NCBI GenBank assembly: GCA_963733035.1
Contig: CAVTBU010000009.1
Span: 192,001-256,000 of the forward strand
DNA from: Pirellulales bacterium
GTDB lineage: Bacteria > Planctomycetota > Planctomycetia > Pirellulales > PALSA-1355
Direction: 5' to 3'
Length of the DNA stretch: 64,000 bases
The notes beneath the pieces are model-generated. The model was not told the origin of the DNA and searched no databases. It saw nothing but the letters and a program-made list of their open reading frames with translations. Numbering within the stretch: the stretch's first letter is position 1; each line of letters begins with the position of its first letter. Shown here one piece after another: positions 1 through 11,098 of the stretch. Made by a program: the position numbers and the translations under genes.

Positions 1-1341
1 ATCCATCCAGGCGGGTGCATTGACCGAGTAGGGGATCAGGCCCGGATCGATTTCATGCCGGGAGGTGTTGAGGAACAGGCCGGTTTCGCTGAGCCGGATG
101 GGAAACGGTGGCCGATTCTCGCCTTGGGGAGAAGGGATCAGGCGATAGATGCCACTGCCGTGGTCGGCGATGAGCAGCCTGCCGTGCTGGTCGACGCAGA
201 AGCCGGAGAGCATGAGGCTCGTGTCGGCCAGCTCGCGATGCCAGAGCGGACGTTCGCCGTCGTGCTTCATCCCCCAGATGCGGCCGCTGGAGTAGTCGCC
301 GTAAATATAAACGCCCGCGAGGTCCGGCAAGACGTCGCCGTGATAGACGACGCCGCCGGTGAGCGAGCGGAATTCGGCATGGGAGTGTTCGATGGTCGGC
401 GGCACAATGGGCGTCGGGCCGCGCTGGCGTTCGAGATAGAACGGATGGCTCCCTTCGTAAACGCTCCAGCCATAGTTTTCGCCGGGACGGACGAGGTGGG
501 CCGTTTCCCACAGGTCCTGCCCGTTGTTCCCGACCCACAGTTGATCGGTGGCGCGGTCGTAGCTCATCCGCCAAGGATTGCGGAGGCCGTAAGCGAAAAT
601 CTCCGGCTTGGCGTCGGCCAACTTGACGAACGGATTGTCCGCCGGCACGCGATACGGCTGCGCGGCTGTTGCGTCGGCGACGTCAATGCGGAGGACGGAA
701 CCGAGCAGATCGTCGAGCGTTTGACCACTGTTCCAGCCGTCGGAGTCGCCAGTGCCATCGCCGGTGGTGAGATACAGAAAGCTATCGCCACCGAACGCCA
801 TGTCGCCGCCGTCGTGCCCGGCGGAGCGCCACGCGATGATGGCAAGCTCGGACTCCGGCACCAACCGCGCCGGCGGACCGGCATCGAACTCGTATCGCGC
901 CACGCGGTCTTGCCGTTCACTCTCCTTCGTCGGACCGTTGGTGAAGACGTATATCAGTCGGTTGATCGCGAAGTTTGGATCGAAGGCGACGGAATAGATG
1001 ATGCGATCGGGCGCCTCGTGGATTGTTTCGAAGCTGGATACGTCGGACTTATTTTCAAACCTTACGATCCGCGACGGCGTGTCGCCGGCCGCGTTCAGGA
1101 CAACCCACAGGTATTCGCTGCCGGGCTCGACGGCAATGTAGATTGGCGTCGGCAGGTCGAGTTGCGTAAAGACCTTCTCAACCGTGTAGGGCAGGGGAGG
1201 CTCGGGTGAACCGACAAGGCGAGTGTTGGCCCAAGGCGTGCGGTGTTCGATACCAAACGGCAGTGTCGTTGCGTTTTCCGCGGCAAGGCGTTGAGCAGAC
1301 GCAAATACCGCCACCAGGGAAATGAGAACTGACAACCGCAT
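1..1341 (-). CDS. PQQ-dependent sugar dehydrogenase (glucose/sorbosone dehydrogenase-type beta-propeller), runs off the left edge
   Basis: Manual translation of the minus strand (not in the ORF track because no stop is in the window): signal-like MRLSVLISLVAVF, then PFGIEHRTPWANTRLVGSPEPP, GLRNPWRMSYD, NYGW and YIYGDYSSGRIW motifs. Confidence 0.8.
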   Translation of the reverse strand, partial: MRLSVLISLVAVFASAQRLAAENATTLPFGIEHRTPWANTRLVGSPEPPLPYTVEKVFTQLDLPTPIYIAVEPGSEYLWVVLNAAGDTPSRIVRFENKSDVSSFETIHEAPDRIIYSVAFDPNFAINRLIYVFTNGPTKESERQDRVARYEFDAGPPARLVPESELAIIAWRSAGHDGGDMAFGGDSFLYLTTGDGTGDSDGWNSGQTLDDLLGSVLRIDVADATAAQPYRVPADNPFVKLADAKPEIFAYGLRNPWRMSYDRATDQLWVGNNGQDLWETAHLVRPGENYGWSVYEGSHPFYLERQRGPTPIVPPTIEHSHAEFRSLTGGVVYHGDVLPDLAGVYIYGDYSSGRIWGMKHDGERPLWHRELADTSLMLSGFCVDQHGRLLIADHGSGIYRLIPSPQGENRPPFPIRLSETGLFLNTSRHEIDPGLIPYSVNAPAWMD

Positions 1342-1556
1342 GAGAATGTTTCAGGCACGCGCCAGGCAAGGAGTGACGGAAGCGGGAGGGCGACTGCTAT
1401 TCTGGCAAACAGAACTTGCATACGCAAGAAAACCGGGTCCGATGGGCACCCTTGTGTTTGGCAAGCCGGCAGCGACACCCGGGGAACGAAGAATCGGCCG
1501 CGCCCCCTCAACTCAGCCGAGCTTGGCAATCGCAATTCAAACCCGACAGCTAGCGG

Positions 1557-3257
1557 TTATTTCGCGCTAAACTCCGCCGCGAAAGCCTTCGCGTTCAAGT
1601 CCTCGCCGGTGGCGTGCTTCGTCAGCTCGTTCCAGCTGAGCGTGGCGCCAGGCCCAAACACGCGGCTCTTCATGTATTCGCCGACGTTTTTGTTGTCGGT
1701 GTAAATCGCACCTGGAATGTCCTTGGCGTGCAGAACTTCTTTGGCGATCGTGGCGTGAACCTGGCAGGCGAAAAGCTGCCCCATCATGTAGTTGTGATAG
1801 TAGGCCGGCGCCGAGACGACGTGGATCTTGGCGGCGAAGTCGGGGGCGTTGCGTCCCTTGGGCCGCTTAATAAGCTGGTACTTCTCGACCAGGTCCCACC
1901 ACAACTTGTTGAGGTCTTGATTTGGATTGGCGTACATCTGCTGCTCGAAGCGAAGCATCACCTGGCACCAGCGCGAGAAGATCAACAATTGGTTGCGGCG
2001 CATCGTGGCGCCGGCCTTGCTGTAGGCCGCCGGGTCGGCAACCGAGACGCCCATCTCCTCGAGCCACTCACCGCTCTTGCTGAACCGCTCGAACATCATC
2101 GCCACCCCTTCGGTGCATAGAATGTGCGCGTCGGTCCGGAGCGTATAGGGGAGACTGCGCGGAATGTTCTTACTGCTGTAAACCGAATGGCCCAATTCGT
2201 GCAGCATCGTGCCCATCCAATATTCGTTGGGAACGATGTTGGCCAGCACGCGAACGTCTCCCTCGCGGTTGATATCCGTGCAGAAGGCGTGTGGGCTCTT
2301 GCCGGGTTTTTCGTACAGGTCGCTGCGGGCGATCACGTCGTCGATCGGCAGGCCGATGCCATCGTAGAACTTTCGGCAGATGGCCAAAATGTCAGCATTG
2401 GCGAACGCCTTGTCGAGGCTCACGTCGCTGATGGCCGGCGCTTCCTGAAAGAACGGGTCCTGGTAGTGCCAGGGATGCAATTCGTCGACCGAAATGCCGA
2501 AGTAATCGGCCAGCGCAACGTCGATTTCGGCCTTCGCCCGGGCGAACGGCTCGCGGGTTAATTCGTCGAGTTGGTCGAACAGCGCCAGGACCTGCTGCTG
2601 GTCTTGCTCGGCCAGGTAGAGCCGCATGGCGTGGAAGTCCTTGAAGCCCAGCTGCTTCGCGGCCTCGTTGCGATAAGCGACGAGTTGCCGCAGGTCGTCG
2701 TTGACAGCGGCGCCGACACCCTTGCTCGATTCCCATACGGCCTGCCGCTCGGCGGAGTTTTTCGATTCCTTGAGGATGCGGCGCACTTCGCTATCGGTGA
2801 TCTCCTTGCCGTTCAGCTTGGCCCGATAAACGTTGAACACCTGCTCGATCTCATTGGCCTTCGAGTTGATTCGCTGCAGCAATTCCGCCGGCACCTGCTT
2901 TTCGAGGTAAATGCGGTAGAGCACGTCAACTTGACGGGCCAGAATCGGATCGTCGAGCTTGGCTCCCTTGAGTTCTTTGAGTTCGGCAAACTGCTCGCGG
3001 TTGGTCAGGGCCGCGTCGTATTTGTTTTGGGCTTCGACCTTGGCGGCAAAGTCCTCATCCTTGCCCGTGGTGTTGGCTTTCCACCAGGCGAGATTGAGCG
3101 CGATTTCCAGCGGACGAACTTGTTTCTCGTAGCGGTCGACGAAGGCCTGTGCCGCCTTGTTTGGATCGGCCGCCTGGTCGGCCCCCCAGGTCTGAGCCGA
3201 ATGGCTCATGACACCCAAGACGATTCCACCGGCAACAAGTCGCAAGAGACCATTCAT
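1557..3257 (-). CDS. Secreted zinc metallopeptidase, M2/M3 (peptidyl-dipeptidase/oligopeptidase-like)
   Basis: HELGH motif, downstream TEGVAM glutamate, KSPHAFCTDI, YYHNYMMG, signal peptide; start chosen at MNGLLRL. Confidence 0.85.
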   Translation of the reverse strand: MNGLLRLVAGGIVLGVMSHSAQTWGADQAADPNKAAQAFVDRYEKQVRPLEIALNLAWWKANTTGKDEDFAAKVEAQNKYDAALTNREQFAELKELKGAKLDDPILARQVDVLYRIYLEKQVPAELLQRINSKANEIEQVFNVYRAKLNGKEITDSEVRRILKESKNSAERQAVWESSKGVGAAVNDDLRQLVAYRNEAAKQLGFKDFHAMRLYLAEQDQQQVLALFDQLDELTREPFARAKAEIDVALADYFGISVDELHPWHYQDPFFQEAPAISDVSLDKAFANADILAICRKFYDGIGLPIDDVIARSDLYEKPGKSPHAFCTDINREGDVRVLANIVPNEYWMGTMLHELGHSVYSSKNIPRSLPYTLRTDAHILCTEGVAMMFERFSKSGEWLEEMGVSVADPAAYSKAGATMRRNQLLIFSRWCQVMLRFEQQMYANPNQDLNKLWWDLVEKYQLIKRPKGRNAPDFAAKIHVVSAPAYYHNYMMGQLFACQVHATIAKEVLHAKDIPGAIYTDNKNVGEYMKSRVFGPGATLSWNELTKHATGEDLNAKAFAAEFSAK

Positions 3258-3452
3258 GTTCGCTAGTCCGCACGGGGTTTGAGGGAATTGCCAGTTTCGA
3301 GCACTCATAACCTTACCTTACGGGGCAGGGGGCTCAAGGCCCGTGACCGTGCGGTTGTCGTCAAAGCACAACAGAAACCACTGCCCAAACGCATCGGCGT
3401 TCGGTTATACTAGGGCCTGGCCTTCCCGCCTAAAGAAATATCAGAGGCCACG

Positions 3453-6400
3453 ATGCGGAAACTTTGCTTCGCGCTGTTTATATCCTTGGCGAGCACGCAG
3501 GCTTTGCTGGCTGCCGAGGACGCCCCGCCGCGGCTGTTGCACGACGTCGTGCCGCTGCTCAAAACACGGTGCGTCAAATGCCACGGCCCGGCCAAGACCG
3601 AGGGAACGCTGAACCTCAGCACGCCGGGTCTGCTCGCGCGTGGGGGAGAAAGCGGACCGGCCGTCGCGGCGGGTAATCTCGACCAGAGCTTGCTCTGGCA
3701 ACGCGTTGTGGCGGACGAAATGCCGCCCGAGGAACCGCTGGGGGACGACGAAAAGGAGGTCCTGCGCCACTGGATTGCCGCGGGAGCAACCGGCCTGCCA
3801 CCACAGGGAAGCGACCATCCGTCAGGCGATCACTGGGCGTTCGTACCGCTAGCAAAAGTCGCGCCGCCCAAGGTAGCGGATGCTTCGCGAGTAGCCGGTG
3901 ACGTCGACCGGTTTCTGCTCGCGGAGTTGGAGCGCGACGGACTTTCGTTCAATCCCGAGGCGGATCGGGCGACGCTGATTCGCCGGGTGGCGCTGGATTT
4001 GATTGGTTTGCCCCCCACGCCGCAGGAGGTCGCGCAGTTTCAAAACGACGCCACGCCGGACGCCTACGCGCAAATGGTCGATCGCTATTTGGCCTCACCA
4101 CACTACGGCGAGCGATGGGGCAAATTCTGGCTCGATGCGGCCGGCTACGCCGACAGCAATGGCTACTTCAACGCCGACACCGACCGGCCACTGGCCTATC
4201 GCTATCGCGACTACGTTATCCGCTCGTTCAACGAAGACAAGCCCTGGGACCAGTTCGTCCGCGAACAAATCGCCGGCGATGAGCTGTCGGGCTTCATTCC
4301 TGGTGGCGACGCGACGCCCGCGATCATTTCGCTACTGGAGGCGACGCATTATCTGCGCAACGGGCAGGACGGTACGGGCGAAAGCGACGGCAATCCGGAT
4401 GAACTCAAGAACGATCGCTACACGGCGCTGGAAACGTGCATGCAGATCGTGGCCTCGTCACTGTTAGGGCTGACCGTGCAATGCGCGAAGTGCCACGACC
4501 ACAAATTCGAGCCCTTTTCGCAGCGCGACTACTATCAATTGCAGTCGGTATTCTATCCGGCGTTCGACATCAAAAATTGGATCAAGCCCAACGATCGCTT
4601 CGTGCGGGCCAATCTGCCGGGCGAACTGGAAGAGTGGCAAGAAAAAGGACGTCGGATCGACGCTGAGATCGCCGCGCTGCGAAGCGATTTTCGCCAGTGG
4701 GTCGAGCAGCACCGCCTGACCGGCCAGGTCCTGTTTCGTGACGAGTTTGTTGAAGGCGGCGCACCCCTGGCCGACGCCTGGAGCGCCACCGCGCCGGGCG
4801 ACGATACGGCAGGCGGCATACCGGTGGTCAACCTCGACGCCGCCACGACACCGGGAGCGCAAATCAGAAACGGCGCACTGTGTGTGTTGGAAAGTGGCTC
4901 CAGCGGAGATCGGTGGCTATCGACACGTCAATCGTTCGACTGGTCGCCCGAGCCGGAAGGTGCCTGGATTCAAGTGACCTTCGATCTGATCGACGACAAG
5001 GCGGAAGAAGGGGGCATGCCGGCGGCGCGCGTTGGATACTTTGTGGCCCTGCATGACTTTGACGACAGCGGCCCAGTCTCCGGGGGCAACGTGCTCATCG
5101 ACGGCAATCCGGCCGGGGGCGCGGGCGTGCACGTCGATTACCCGGGCGCCGACGCGGACACGGCCGGCACGCTTGGCGCGGCGAAGTATCAGCCGGGTCA
5201 CAGCTACGGCCTGCGGATCACGCGTCTGGCCGACGGCAAGTGCCTGGTGGAACATCTCTACGACGGGATTCCCGAACCTCGAACGCTCACTCTTTCGGCC
5301 GAGCAATTGCCGGCCGGCGGCTTCGGCTTCGAGTATTGCTGCGGTCGTAGCTTCGTGGTCGACAATGTAATCATCGAGCAGGGAGACGCGGCCCGGGTCG
5401 AAGAGGACAAGCAGCTCCGCGTAGTGCTTACGGAGCGGCAGGAAAAGTTGACCACGGCGATTGCGGAGAAAGAGAAATCTCGCGGCATCGAGCCGGGAAA
5501 AATCTCCTGGCTGACGGACGGTTCGGCGTCACCGCCCGACGTATTTTTGCTGGAACGCGGCAGCCACGCCACGCCGGGCGAAAAGGTATTTCCGGCACCG
5601 ATCACCGCGTTGGCCGAAACGGACGAATCGCTTGACGTTGACGTGCCATTCAAAGGCGCCGGGTCGACAGGACGCCGGCTGGCCTGGGCCCGCTGGGTCA
5701 CGGCGCCCGGTTCGCGCCCAGCTTCACTCATGGCCCGCGTGCAGGCGAATCGAATTTGGCATCATCATTTTGGCACCGGCATCGTGGCGACGACGGAAAA
5801 CCTGGGCGTGAGCGGTTCGCCACCGTCGCATCCAGGGCTGCTTGAGTACCTGGCTGGCCGGCTGGTGGAAAGCGGCTGGAGCGTGAAAGCGCTGCACCGG
5901 GCGATTTTGAACTCGGCCGCATACCGGCAGTCGAGCGCGCTCAATTCCAAAGCATTCGACGTCGATCCGGAGAATCGCCTGGTGTGGCGGATGCCGGCGC
6001 GGCGGCTCGATGCCGAAGCGCTTCGCGACACGATTCTGGCCACCAGCGGCGCACTCGATTCGGGAATGACCGGGCACTATATTCCCACGACGCGCGACGC
6101 CGCGGGGGAAGTTGTTGTGAAGCACGACACACCAGGTGCCAGCCGCCGCTCGATCTATTTGCAACAGCGCCGTACACAGACGTTGAGTCTATTGGGCGTG
6201 TTCGATTCGCCGAGCATCGTGTTCAATTGCATCCAGCGGCCAGTGTCGACCATGCCTTTGCAATCGTTGAGCCTGTTGAATTCGCCGTTCATGCTGCGCC
6301 AGTCGAGGCAGTTTGCCGAGCGGCTGGCATCCGAGGCGGGGCAGGACGCAAGCGCGCGAATCGAGCGGGCGTTTCTGCTGGCCGTGTCGCGGCCGCCAAC

Positions 6401-6539
6401 GGACGCCGAGCGCCAAGCCGCATTGGAATTCGTCGCATCGCAGCAGGAACTGTACGGCGGTAATGGCGACGACTTGCGACCCTGGAACGACTTTTGCCAG
6501 ATGCTGCTGGCCAGCAACGCGTTTCTCTATGTGGAGTAA
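3453..6539 (+). CDS. Planctomycete cytochrome c / DUF1549 (PSCyt2) / DUF1553 (PSD1) protein
   Basis: CVKCH and CAKCHDHKF heme motifs, HYGERWGKFWLD, PPSHPGLLEYLA, RRLDAEALRD. Confidence 0.92.
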   Translation: MRKLCFALFISLASTQALLAAEDAPPRLLHDVVPLLKTRCVKCHGPAKTEGTLNLSTPGLLARGGESGPAVAAGNLDQSLLWQRVVADEMPPEEPLGDDEKEVLRHWIAAGATGLPPQGSDHPSGDHWAFVPLAKVAPPKVADASRVAGDVDRFLLAELERDGLSFNPEADRATLIRRVALDLIGLPPTPQEVAQFQNDATPDAYAQMVDRYLASPHYGERWGKFWLDAAGYADSNGYFNADTDRPLAYRYRDYVIRSFNEDKPWDQFVREQIAGDELSGFIPGGDATPAIISLLEATHYLRNGQDGTGESDGNPDELKNDRYTALETCMQIVASSLLGLTVQCAKCHDHKFEPFSQRDYYQLQSVFYPAFDIKNWIKPNDRFVRANLPGELEEWQEKGRRIDAEIAALRSDFRQWVEQHRLTGQVLFRDEFVEGGAPLADAWSATAPGDDTAGGIPVVNLDAATTPGAQIRNGALCVLESGSSGDRWLSTRQSFDWSPEPEGAWIQVTFDLIDDKAEEGGMPAARVGYFVALHDFDDSGPVSGGNVLIDGNPAGGAGVHVDYPGADADTAGTLGAAKYQPGHSYGLRITRLADGKCLVEHLYDGIPEPRTLTLSAEQLPAGGFGFEYCCGRSFVVDNVIIEQGDAARVEEDKQLRVVLTERQEKLTTAIAEKEKSRGIEPGKISWLTDGSASPPDVFLLERGSHATPGEKVFPAPITALAETDESLDVDVPFKGAGSTGRRLAWARWVTAPGSRPASLMARVQANRIWHHHFGTGIVATTENLGVSGSPPSHPGLLEYLAGRLVESGWSVKALHRAILNSAAYRQSSALNSKAFDVDPENRLVWRMPARRLDAEALRDTILATSGALDSGMTGHYIPTTRDAAGEVVVKHDTPGASRRSIYLQQRRTQTLSLLGVFDSPSIVFNCIQRPVSTMPLQSLSLLNSPFMLRQSRQFAERLASEAGQDASARIERAFLLAVSRPPTDAERQAALEFVASQQELYGGNGDDLRPWNDFCQMLLASNAFLYVE

Positions 6540-6542
6540 GAC

Positions 6543-7976
6543 GTGACCATGAAGCTTGAAAGTCGTCCGTCGGCAATCGACATCTCGCGTCGGATGTTTC
6601 TGGGGGGATATGCCGGGTCGCTGGGCGGTCTGGCATTGGCGCATCTACTGGCAGGCGGAAAGCCCGCGGCGGGTGCCACGTCGGACCTCAAACCGGCGGC
6701 GGCGCACCTGCCAGCGAAGGCCAAGAGCGTGATCTGCCTGTTCCAGCATGGCGGTCCGAGCCAGATGGATTTGTTCGACCCCAAGCCAGCCCTGACGAAG
6801 TACCACGGCAAACCGTATCCCGGCGGCGACCTGGAGGTGCACTTCACCAATCAGGCGGGCAATGTGCTGGGATCGCCGTTCAAGTTTGCCCCGGCCGGGC
6901 AGTGCGGCATGGAGTTGTGCGAACTGTTGCCGCACACAGCCGGCATCGCCGATGAACTGACACTCGTGCGTTCGATGAACACCGAGAGCGTCGACCACGA
7001 GTCGGCGCTGCGATTGATTCATAGCGGCAAGTTCCTGGCTGGCATGCCGACTTGGGGTTCGTGGGTAACCTATGCCCTGGGAACGGAAAATCAGAACCTG
7101 CCGGCGTACGTGGTGCTGTCCGATCCGGGTGGATTGCCCGTCGATGGCACGCGGAATTGGACGGCCGGATGGTTGCCCGCGCTTTACCAGGGGACACCGT
7201 TCGGCGCTGGCAAGTCGCCCGTGCTCAATTTGCAAACCCCTGAAGGAATGTCGCACGAAGCGCGCCGTAATCAACTCGGCTTTCTGGAGCGCCTGAATCG
7301 GGCGCACTTGGAGCGGCATCCAGAGAACACCGAATTGGCCGCGCGGTTGGCGAACTTCGAAACGGCCGCCCGCATGCAAACGGCGGTGCCCGACGTTCTC
7401 GACATTTCTGACGAAACGGCCGAGACTCGGGCGCTGTACGGTCTCGACGATCCGGCCACGCGCGAATACGGCACGCGCTGCCTGGTTGCCCGGCGATTGG
7501 TGGAGCAGGGCGTCCGCTTCGTGCAAATCTTTTTGAGCTCGCAGCCTTGGGACACGCACAGCAAAAACGCCGAGAGCCTCAAGGGGCTGTGTGCCAAGAC
7601 TGATCGGCCTAGCGCGGCACTGGTGCAGGACCTCAAAAGACGCGGGCTGCTCGATTCGACGATCGTATTGTGGACGGGCGAATTCGGCCGTCTGCCTATT
7701 TCGCAAGGGTCTGACGGGCGCGATCACAACCGCCGTGGTTTCTCGCTGTGGCTGGCCGGCGGCGGGTTCAAACGCGGCTATGTGCACGGTGCCACCGATG
7801 ATTTTGGCTACGAGGCCGTCGACAAGGTCGTCACGGTGCACGACTTTCATGCCACGCTGCTGACGGCGCTCGGTCTCGACCATCGTCGCTTAACTTTTCC
7901 GCACGACGGTCGCTTGGCAAGCCTGACGGACGCCGACGTCACGCAAGCCAAGCTGGTGAGCGACCTGCTGGCGTAA
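6543..7976 (+). CDS. DUF1501 domain protein (Tat-like leader)
   Basis: SRRMFL leader, GGPSQMDLFDPKP, WDTH, GEFGRLP, GRDH; usual partner of the upstream PSD1 gene. Confidence 0.92.
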   Translation: MTMKLESRPSAIDISRRMFLGGYAGSLGGLALAHLLAGGKPAAGATSDLKPAAAHLPAKAKSVICLFQHGGPSQMDLFDPKPALTKYHGKPYPGGDLEVHFTNQAGNVLGSPFKFAPAGQCGMELCELLPHTAGIADELTLVRSMNTESVDHESALRLIHSGKFLAGMPTWGSWVTYALGTENQNLPAYVVLSDPGGLPVDGTRNWTAGWLPALYQGTPFGAGKSPVLNLQTPEGMSHEARRNQLGFLERLNRAHLERHPENTELAARLANFETAARMQTAVPDVLDISDETAETRALYGLDDPATREYGTRCLVARRLVEQGVRFVQIFLSSQPWDTHSKNAESLKGLCAKTDRPSAALVQDLKRRGLLDSTIVLWTGEFGRLPISQGSDGRDHNRRGFSLWLAGGGFKRGYVHGATDDFGYEAVDKVVTVHDFHATLLTALGLDHRRLTFPHDGRLASLTDADVTQAKLVSDLLA

Positions 7977-7984
7977 ACGGCACG

Positions 7985-10900
7985 TCAAAGTTCGAGCTCC
8001 AGCGATTCCACATCGCCTAGCAGGACAGAAACGAGTTCGTCTTCGACTTCCTCGCCGCTCAGCACTAGCATTGGCTCAGTCTCGTAAAGTGCAGTTGCCC
8101 GCCCAGTAGCCTGTTCCACCGCCAAAGCGTTCGCTCGTAGAACCACAACGGGCGCAACTACCGGATCGGCCACGTACAAATCGTTCCTTGCAAGGGTGAG
8201 CGCGAACGCCACGGAGTCGATCGTGTCAGCTGATGCAACAACGCTCAACTCATTTGCCACCAGCGCTCCGCCCGGCGGCGGGTTGACCGGCATGTAATAG
8301 GGCCACGGTGTCGTGCTGAATGTGTCGACGACGCTCACCTGCGTGGTGAAAGTCTGATCGGCGCCCGGATACGATCCGGGAAACGTCAATTGGATAAAGA
8401 ACGCCTGAGCGCCGGCACCGGCCAACGTCGACTCGGCACGGTACATACCGTCGGGCGATTGCGGCACCGTCGTGGACGTCCAAGTGACCGACGTATATGC
8501 CTTGCGAAAGTCGCGGGCGGTGGGATTCGTGGCGCGCCATACGACGACACTCGATGGAGTCGTGGTGGCGTCGACGGCAATCTGTCCGTCGGACCGAACG
8601 GTCCACGAGAACTCCGGCAGCGGCGCGTTCTGCACCACGGAATTGAAGAAGGCGACCGTGCTCTGACCGGCAATCGTGGAGGAAATGCCGTGCCCCGAAT
8701 TGGGCACGTAGCGCACATAGTTTTGCGTGCCGGGAATGTCGCTAAAGTAAAACTGTCCCGAATCCGGTACGAAGAATTCATCGCCCGAGGCGTTCAGCAG
8801 CAACTTTGGCATGTCGTCGAAGCGCCCGTTGTTCAAGTAGAAGTACGGGTCGATAACCCGGCCGAGCTCCTGCCCCTCGGGAGTAAAGGAATCCTGCACG
8901 ATGTTGAAGCCCACGTAGTCGTTGATGGCGGATGAAAAGCCGCCGTAGAACTCGTAATGATGCTTCATCTGCTCGTCGATGTTAAGTACGTCGATCACGC
9001 CCGGTATGATGGCCCGCACCCGATCGTCGACCGCGGCGGTGAGCCAGGTAGTCCAGCCGCGTTTGGAATAGCCGGTGACGACAAAGTCGTCGACGTGGCC
9101 CGAGGGAACAACCGTGGGCACGAACGACTGGGTGGCGTCCATGGCGGCCACGGCGCTTTTGACCATCGGCAACAGCGCGGGCCAGGTCTCGTTGCCCGGT
9201 TCGCCGAGGTGGTCCATGTATTGCCGGAAAGTATACGAGAGAATCTCATCTTCCGTGCGGCTGTTGCCGGGGTCGCCGGTGAAGATCAGCGGTTGGTTTG
9301 GAACCGTGGGCAGGTCGATCACAATGCTGCCCGTTTGCTCGGCAATGCTCACCAGTTGGGAGCTGACGGAAGTGGGCGCCGTGGCTTGCGTGGAGCCGCC
9401 GTCGATAAGCAGCAGCGCCGTGTTGGAACTGAGGCTCGCGCCGTTGGGCACGATGATCTGCAGCCAGTGCTGCCAGACCGGCTTATTGACGTCGGCCGTG
9501 CTTCGCCAGGTCTGGCTGGTCAGGTCAAGCACGTAGGCCGTGTAGGTACTGCCGTTGATGGTGCGGGCCAGCGAGTAGCCGTAACTGGGGTCGGGCGTGT
9601 TGACGTAGTCCTCGAGGACCGTGTTGCCGAGCGTGTCGATCTTCAGCGAAAGCGGCGTGCTCGTCCCCTCGTTGCCAGCGGAGTCGCTTGCCCGGGCGCG
9701 AATCTGCACGTAGTAAGCGGCGCCGCCAATGTTGGCCGGCAGTGCCGGCTGCAGTTGGAAATAGCCAAGTCCGTCCCATAGGCTGGCGGTGCCGTAGTTG
9801 AGTTCGCCCGGGTCCGAAAAATCGCCGTCGTAGTTGAGGTCGACGTCGACCGTCACATTGTCAAGCGGCACGCCATCGTCCGAACCCGTGACCGTCAGGT
9901 GAGGCGTGACGTCGTTCGATACCGTGACTGCGCTGGCGGCCGTTACCACCGGCGCCGTCGTGCTGAGCGTGAAATTGAGCATCGAGATGGCGTTTTGACC
10001 GTGCGCGTCCACCAGGTTGATACGCAATTGGTAGTCGCCATCGAGCAGCGGCCCGCCGTTTAGGACTTGGTAGAGCGCGCTATCGACCGTCAACGTGTTG
10101 CCACTCAAATAGCTCGAAACGTCGACGGGCCCGAGCCCGTTCAGCTCGGCAGTGAGGCTGGCAAGGCCCTTGGGCGCGTCGATCGTCGCTACCACGGTGG
10201 GATCGCTGGTCACCCCGTCGTTGTTGGTCGTTCCGCCGGGCGCTGTGTCGTTGGACAATTGTGCGGCAACGGAAGGCAGCTCCGAGGCCACGGAAATCCG
10301 GCTTAGGTAACCACCGTTCGTGCGGGCAATGATTTGATCGGCGGCGTTAACAAACTGGTTGCGATCGAAGTCGAGCGCATTCGTCAGTCCGACGTTGAAC
10401 GCCGGATTCAGTCGGGCAGCAATCTCATCGCCCGCATTCGTGACGAACAGTGTCGGGGGCGAACCGGCAAAATTATCGCCCACGCGGTTGCCAAAGAAAA
10501 ACCGATCGGACACCGCCAGCCCCGTGTCGTCGTTGGCCACGACGATCACCTCCAGCCACTCATTCAGAATCGCGCCCGCATTCCAGGTGACCGTCACCCG
10601 GTCGGCCCCGCCTTCGCCGGCGGCGGCACGCGCTTGCACGCCCGAGGGAGCGGGGGCCGCGGACCAATTATCGAGCGTGTTCGGATCGGTACCCACGCGA
10701 AACACGAAGTCGTCGGCCGAGATGCTCGGGTGCGAGCCGCTGATGTCGACCATGATGCCGTTGATGCCGCGCGAATAGCTGGTCGCGCTGGCCGGGGTGA
10801 CAACGCCCGAACCAGGAATGTAGGCCGACTTGTCGGGGGCGATTGCGGTGTCGTCCGATGGCGACGGCCCGGGCGTCTGCCCGTCGAAGCTCGACTCGTT

Positions 10901-11098
10901 GTAAAAGATGTGCCGCGCCACGACCTCCCCGGTCGCCGCCAACAGGCGCCGCGACTCGAGCTCTTCGACGCGCGGAGAAAACGACGACCACGCGCGGTTT
11001 GCGATGGAACAAAGCGGCGCTGCGCGCGTGCGAAAAACGAAACATTGCCCGGTCTCCTGGCTGGACAAATCGAAGCGGCGGTTCGAAATCGTCAGCAT
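7985..11098 (-). CDS. Large exported protein with PqaA (PhoPQ-activated pathogenicity-related) alpha/beta-hydrolase domain and N-terminal planctomycete extracellular module
   Basis: VEELESRRLLA (LEPR-XLL-like), LTSQTW, WQHWL, GYSKRGWTTWL nucleophile elbow, GDEFF, YVPNSGH; start uncertain (11098 or 11149). Confidence 0.8.
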   Translation of the reverse strand: MLTISNRRFDLSSQETGQCFVFRTRAAPLCSIANRAWSSFSPRVEELESRRLLAATGEVVARHIFYNESSFDGQTPGPSPSDDTAIAPDKSAYIPGSGVVTPASATSYSRGINGIMVDISGSHPSISADDFVFRVGTDPNTLDNWSAAPAPSGVQARAAAGEGGADRVTVTWNAGAILNEWLEVIVVANDDTGLAVSDRFFFGNRVGDNFAGSPPTLFVTNAGDEIAARLNPAFNVGLTNALDFDRNQFVNAADQIIARTNGGYLSRISVASELPSVAAQLSNDTAPGGTTNNDGVTSDPTVVATIDAPKGLASLTAELNGLGPVDVSSYLSGNTLTVDSALYQVLNGGPLLDGDYQLRINLVDAHGQNAISMLNFTLSTTAPVVTAASAVTVSNDVTPHLTVTGSDDGVPLDNVTVDVDLNYDGDFSDPGELNYGTASLWDGLGYFQLQPALPANIGGAAYYVQIRARASDSAGNEGTSTPLSLKIDTLGNTVLEDYVNTPDPSYGYSLARTINGSTYTAYVLDLTSQTWRSTADVNKPVWQHWLQIIVPNGASLSSNTALLLIDGGSTQATAPTSVSSQLVSIAEQTGSIVIDLPTVPNQPLIFTGDPGNSRTEDEILSYTFRQYMDHLGEPGNETWPALLPMVKSAVAAMDATQSFVPTVVPSGHVDDFVVTGYSKRGWTTWLTAAVDDRVRAIIPGVIDVLNIDEQMKHHYEFYGGFSSAINDYVGFNIVQDSFTPEGQELGRVIDPYFYLNNGRFDDMPKLLLNASGDEFFVPDSGQFYFSDIPGTQNYVRYVPNSGHGISSTIAGQSTVAFFNSVVQNAPLPEFSWTVRSDGQIAVDATTTPSSVVVWRATNPTARDFRKAYTSVTWTSTTVPQSPDGMYRAESTLAGAGAQAFFIQLTFPGSYPGADQTFTTQVSVVDTFSTTPWPYYMPVNPPPGGALVANELSVVASADTIDSVAFALTLARNDLYVADPVVAPVVVLRANALAVEQATGRATALYETEPMLVLSGEEVEDELVSVLLGDVESLELEL

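Noticed and set aside
55..1209. 384-aa plus-strand ORF and other long antisense ORFs (e.g. 6645-7883, 38575-39831, 56122-57528, 61810-63039)
   Set aside because: Shadow ORFs opposite recognisable genes in GC-rich DNA, with no motifs of their own.
3453..7976. PSD1/cytochrome + DUF1501 pair as a novel system
   Set aside because: A very common, already recognised paralogous gene pair in Planctomycetes.
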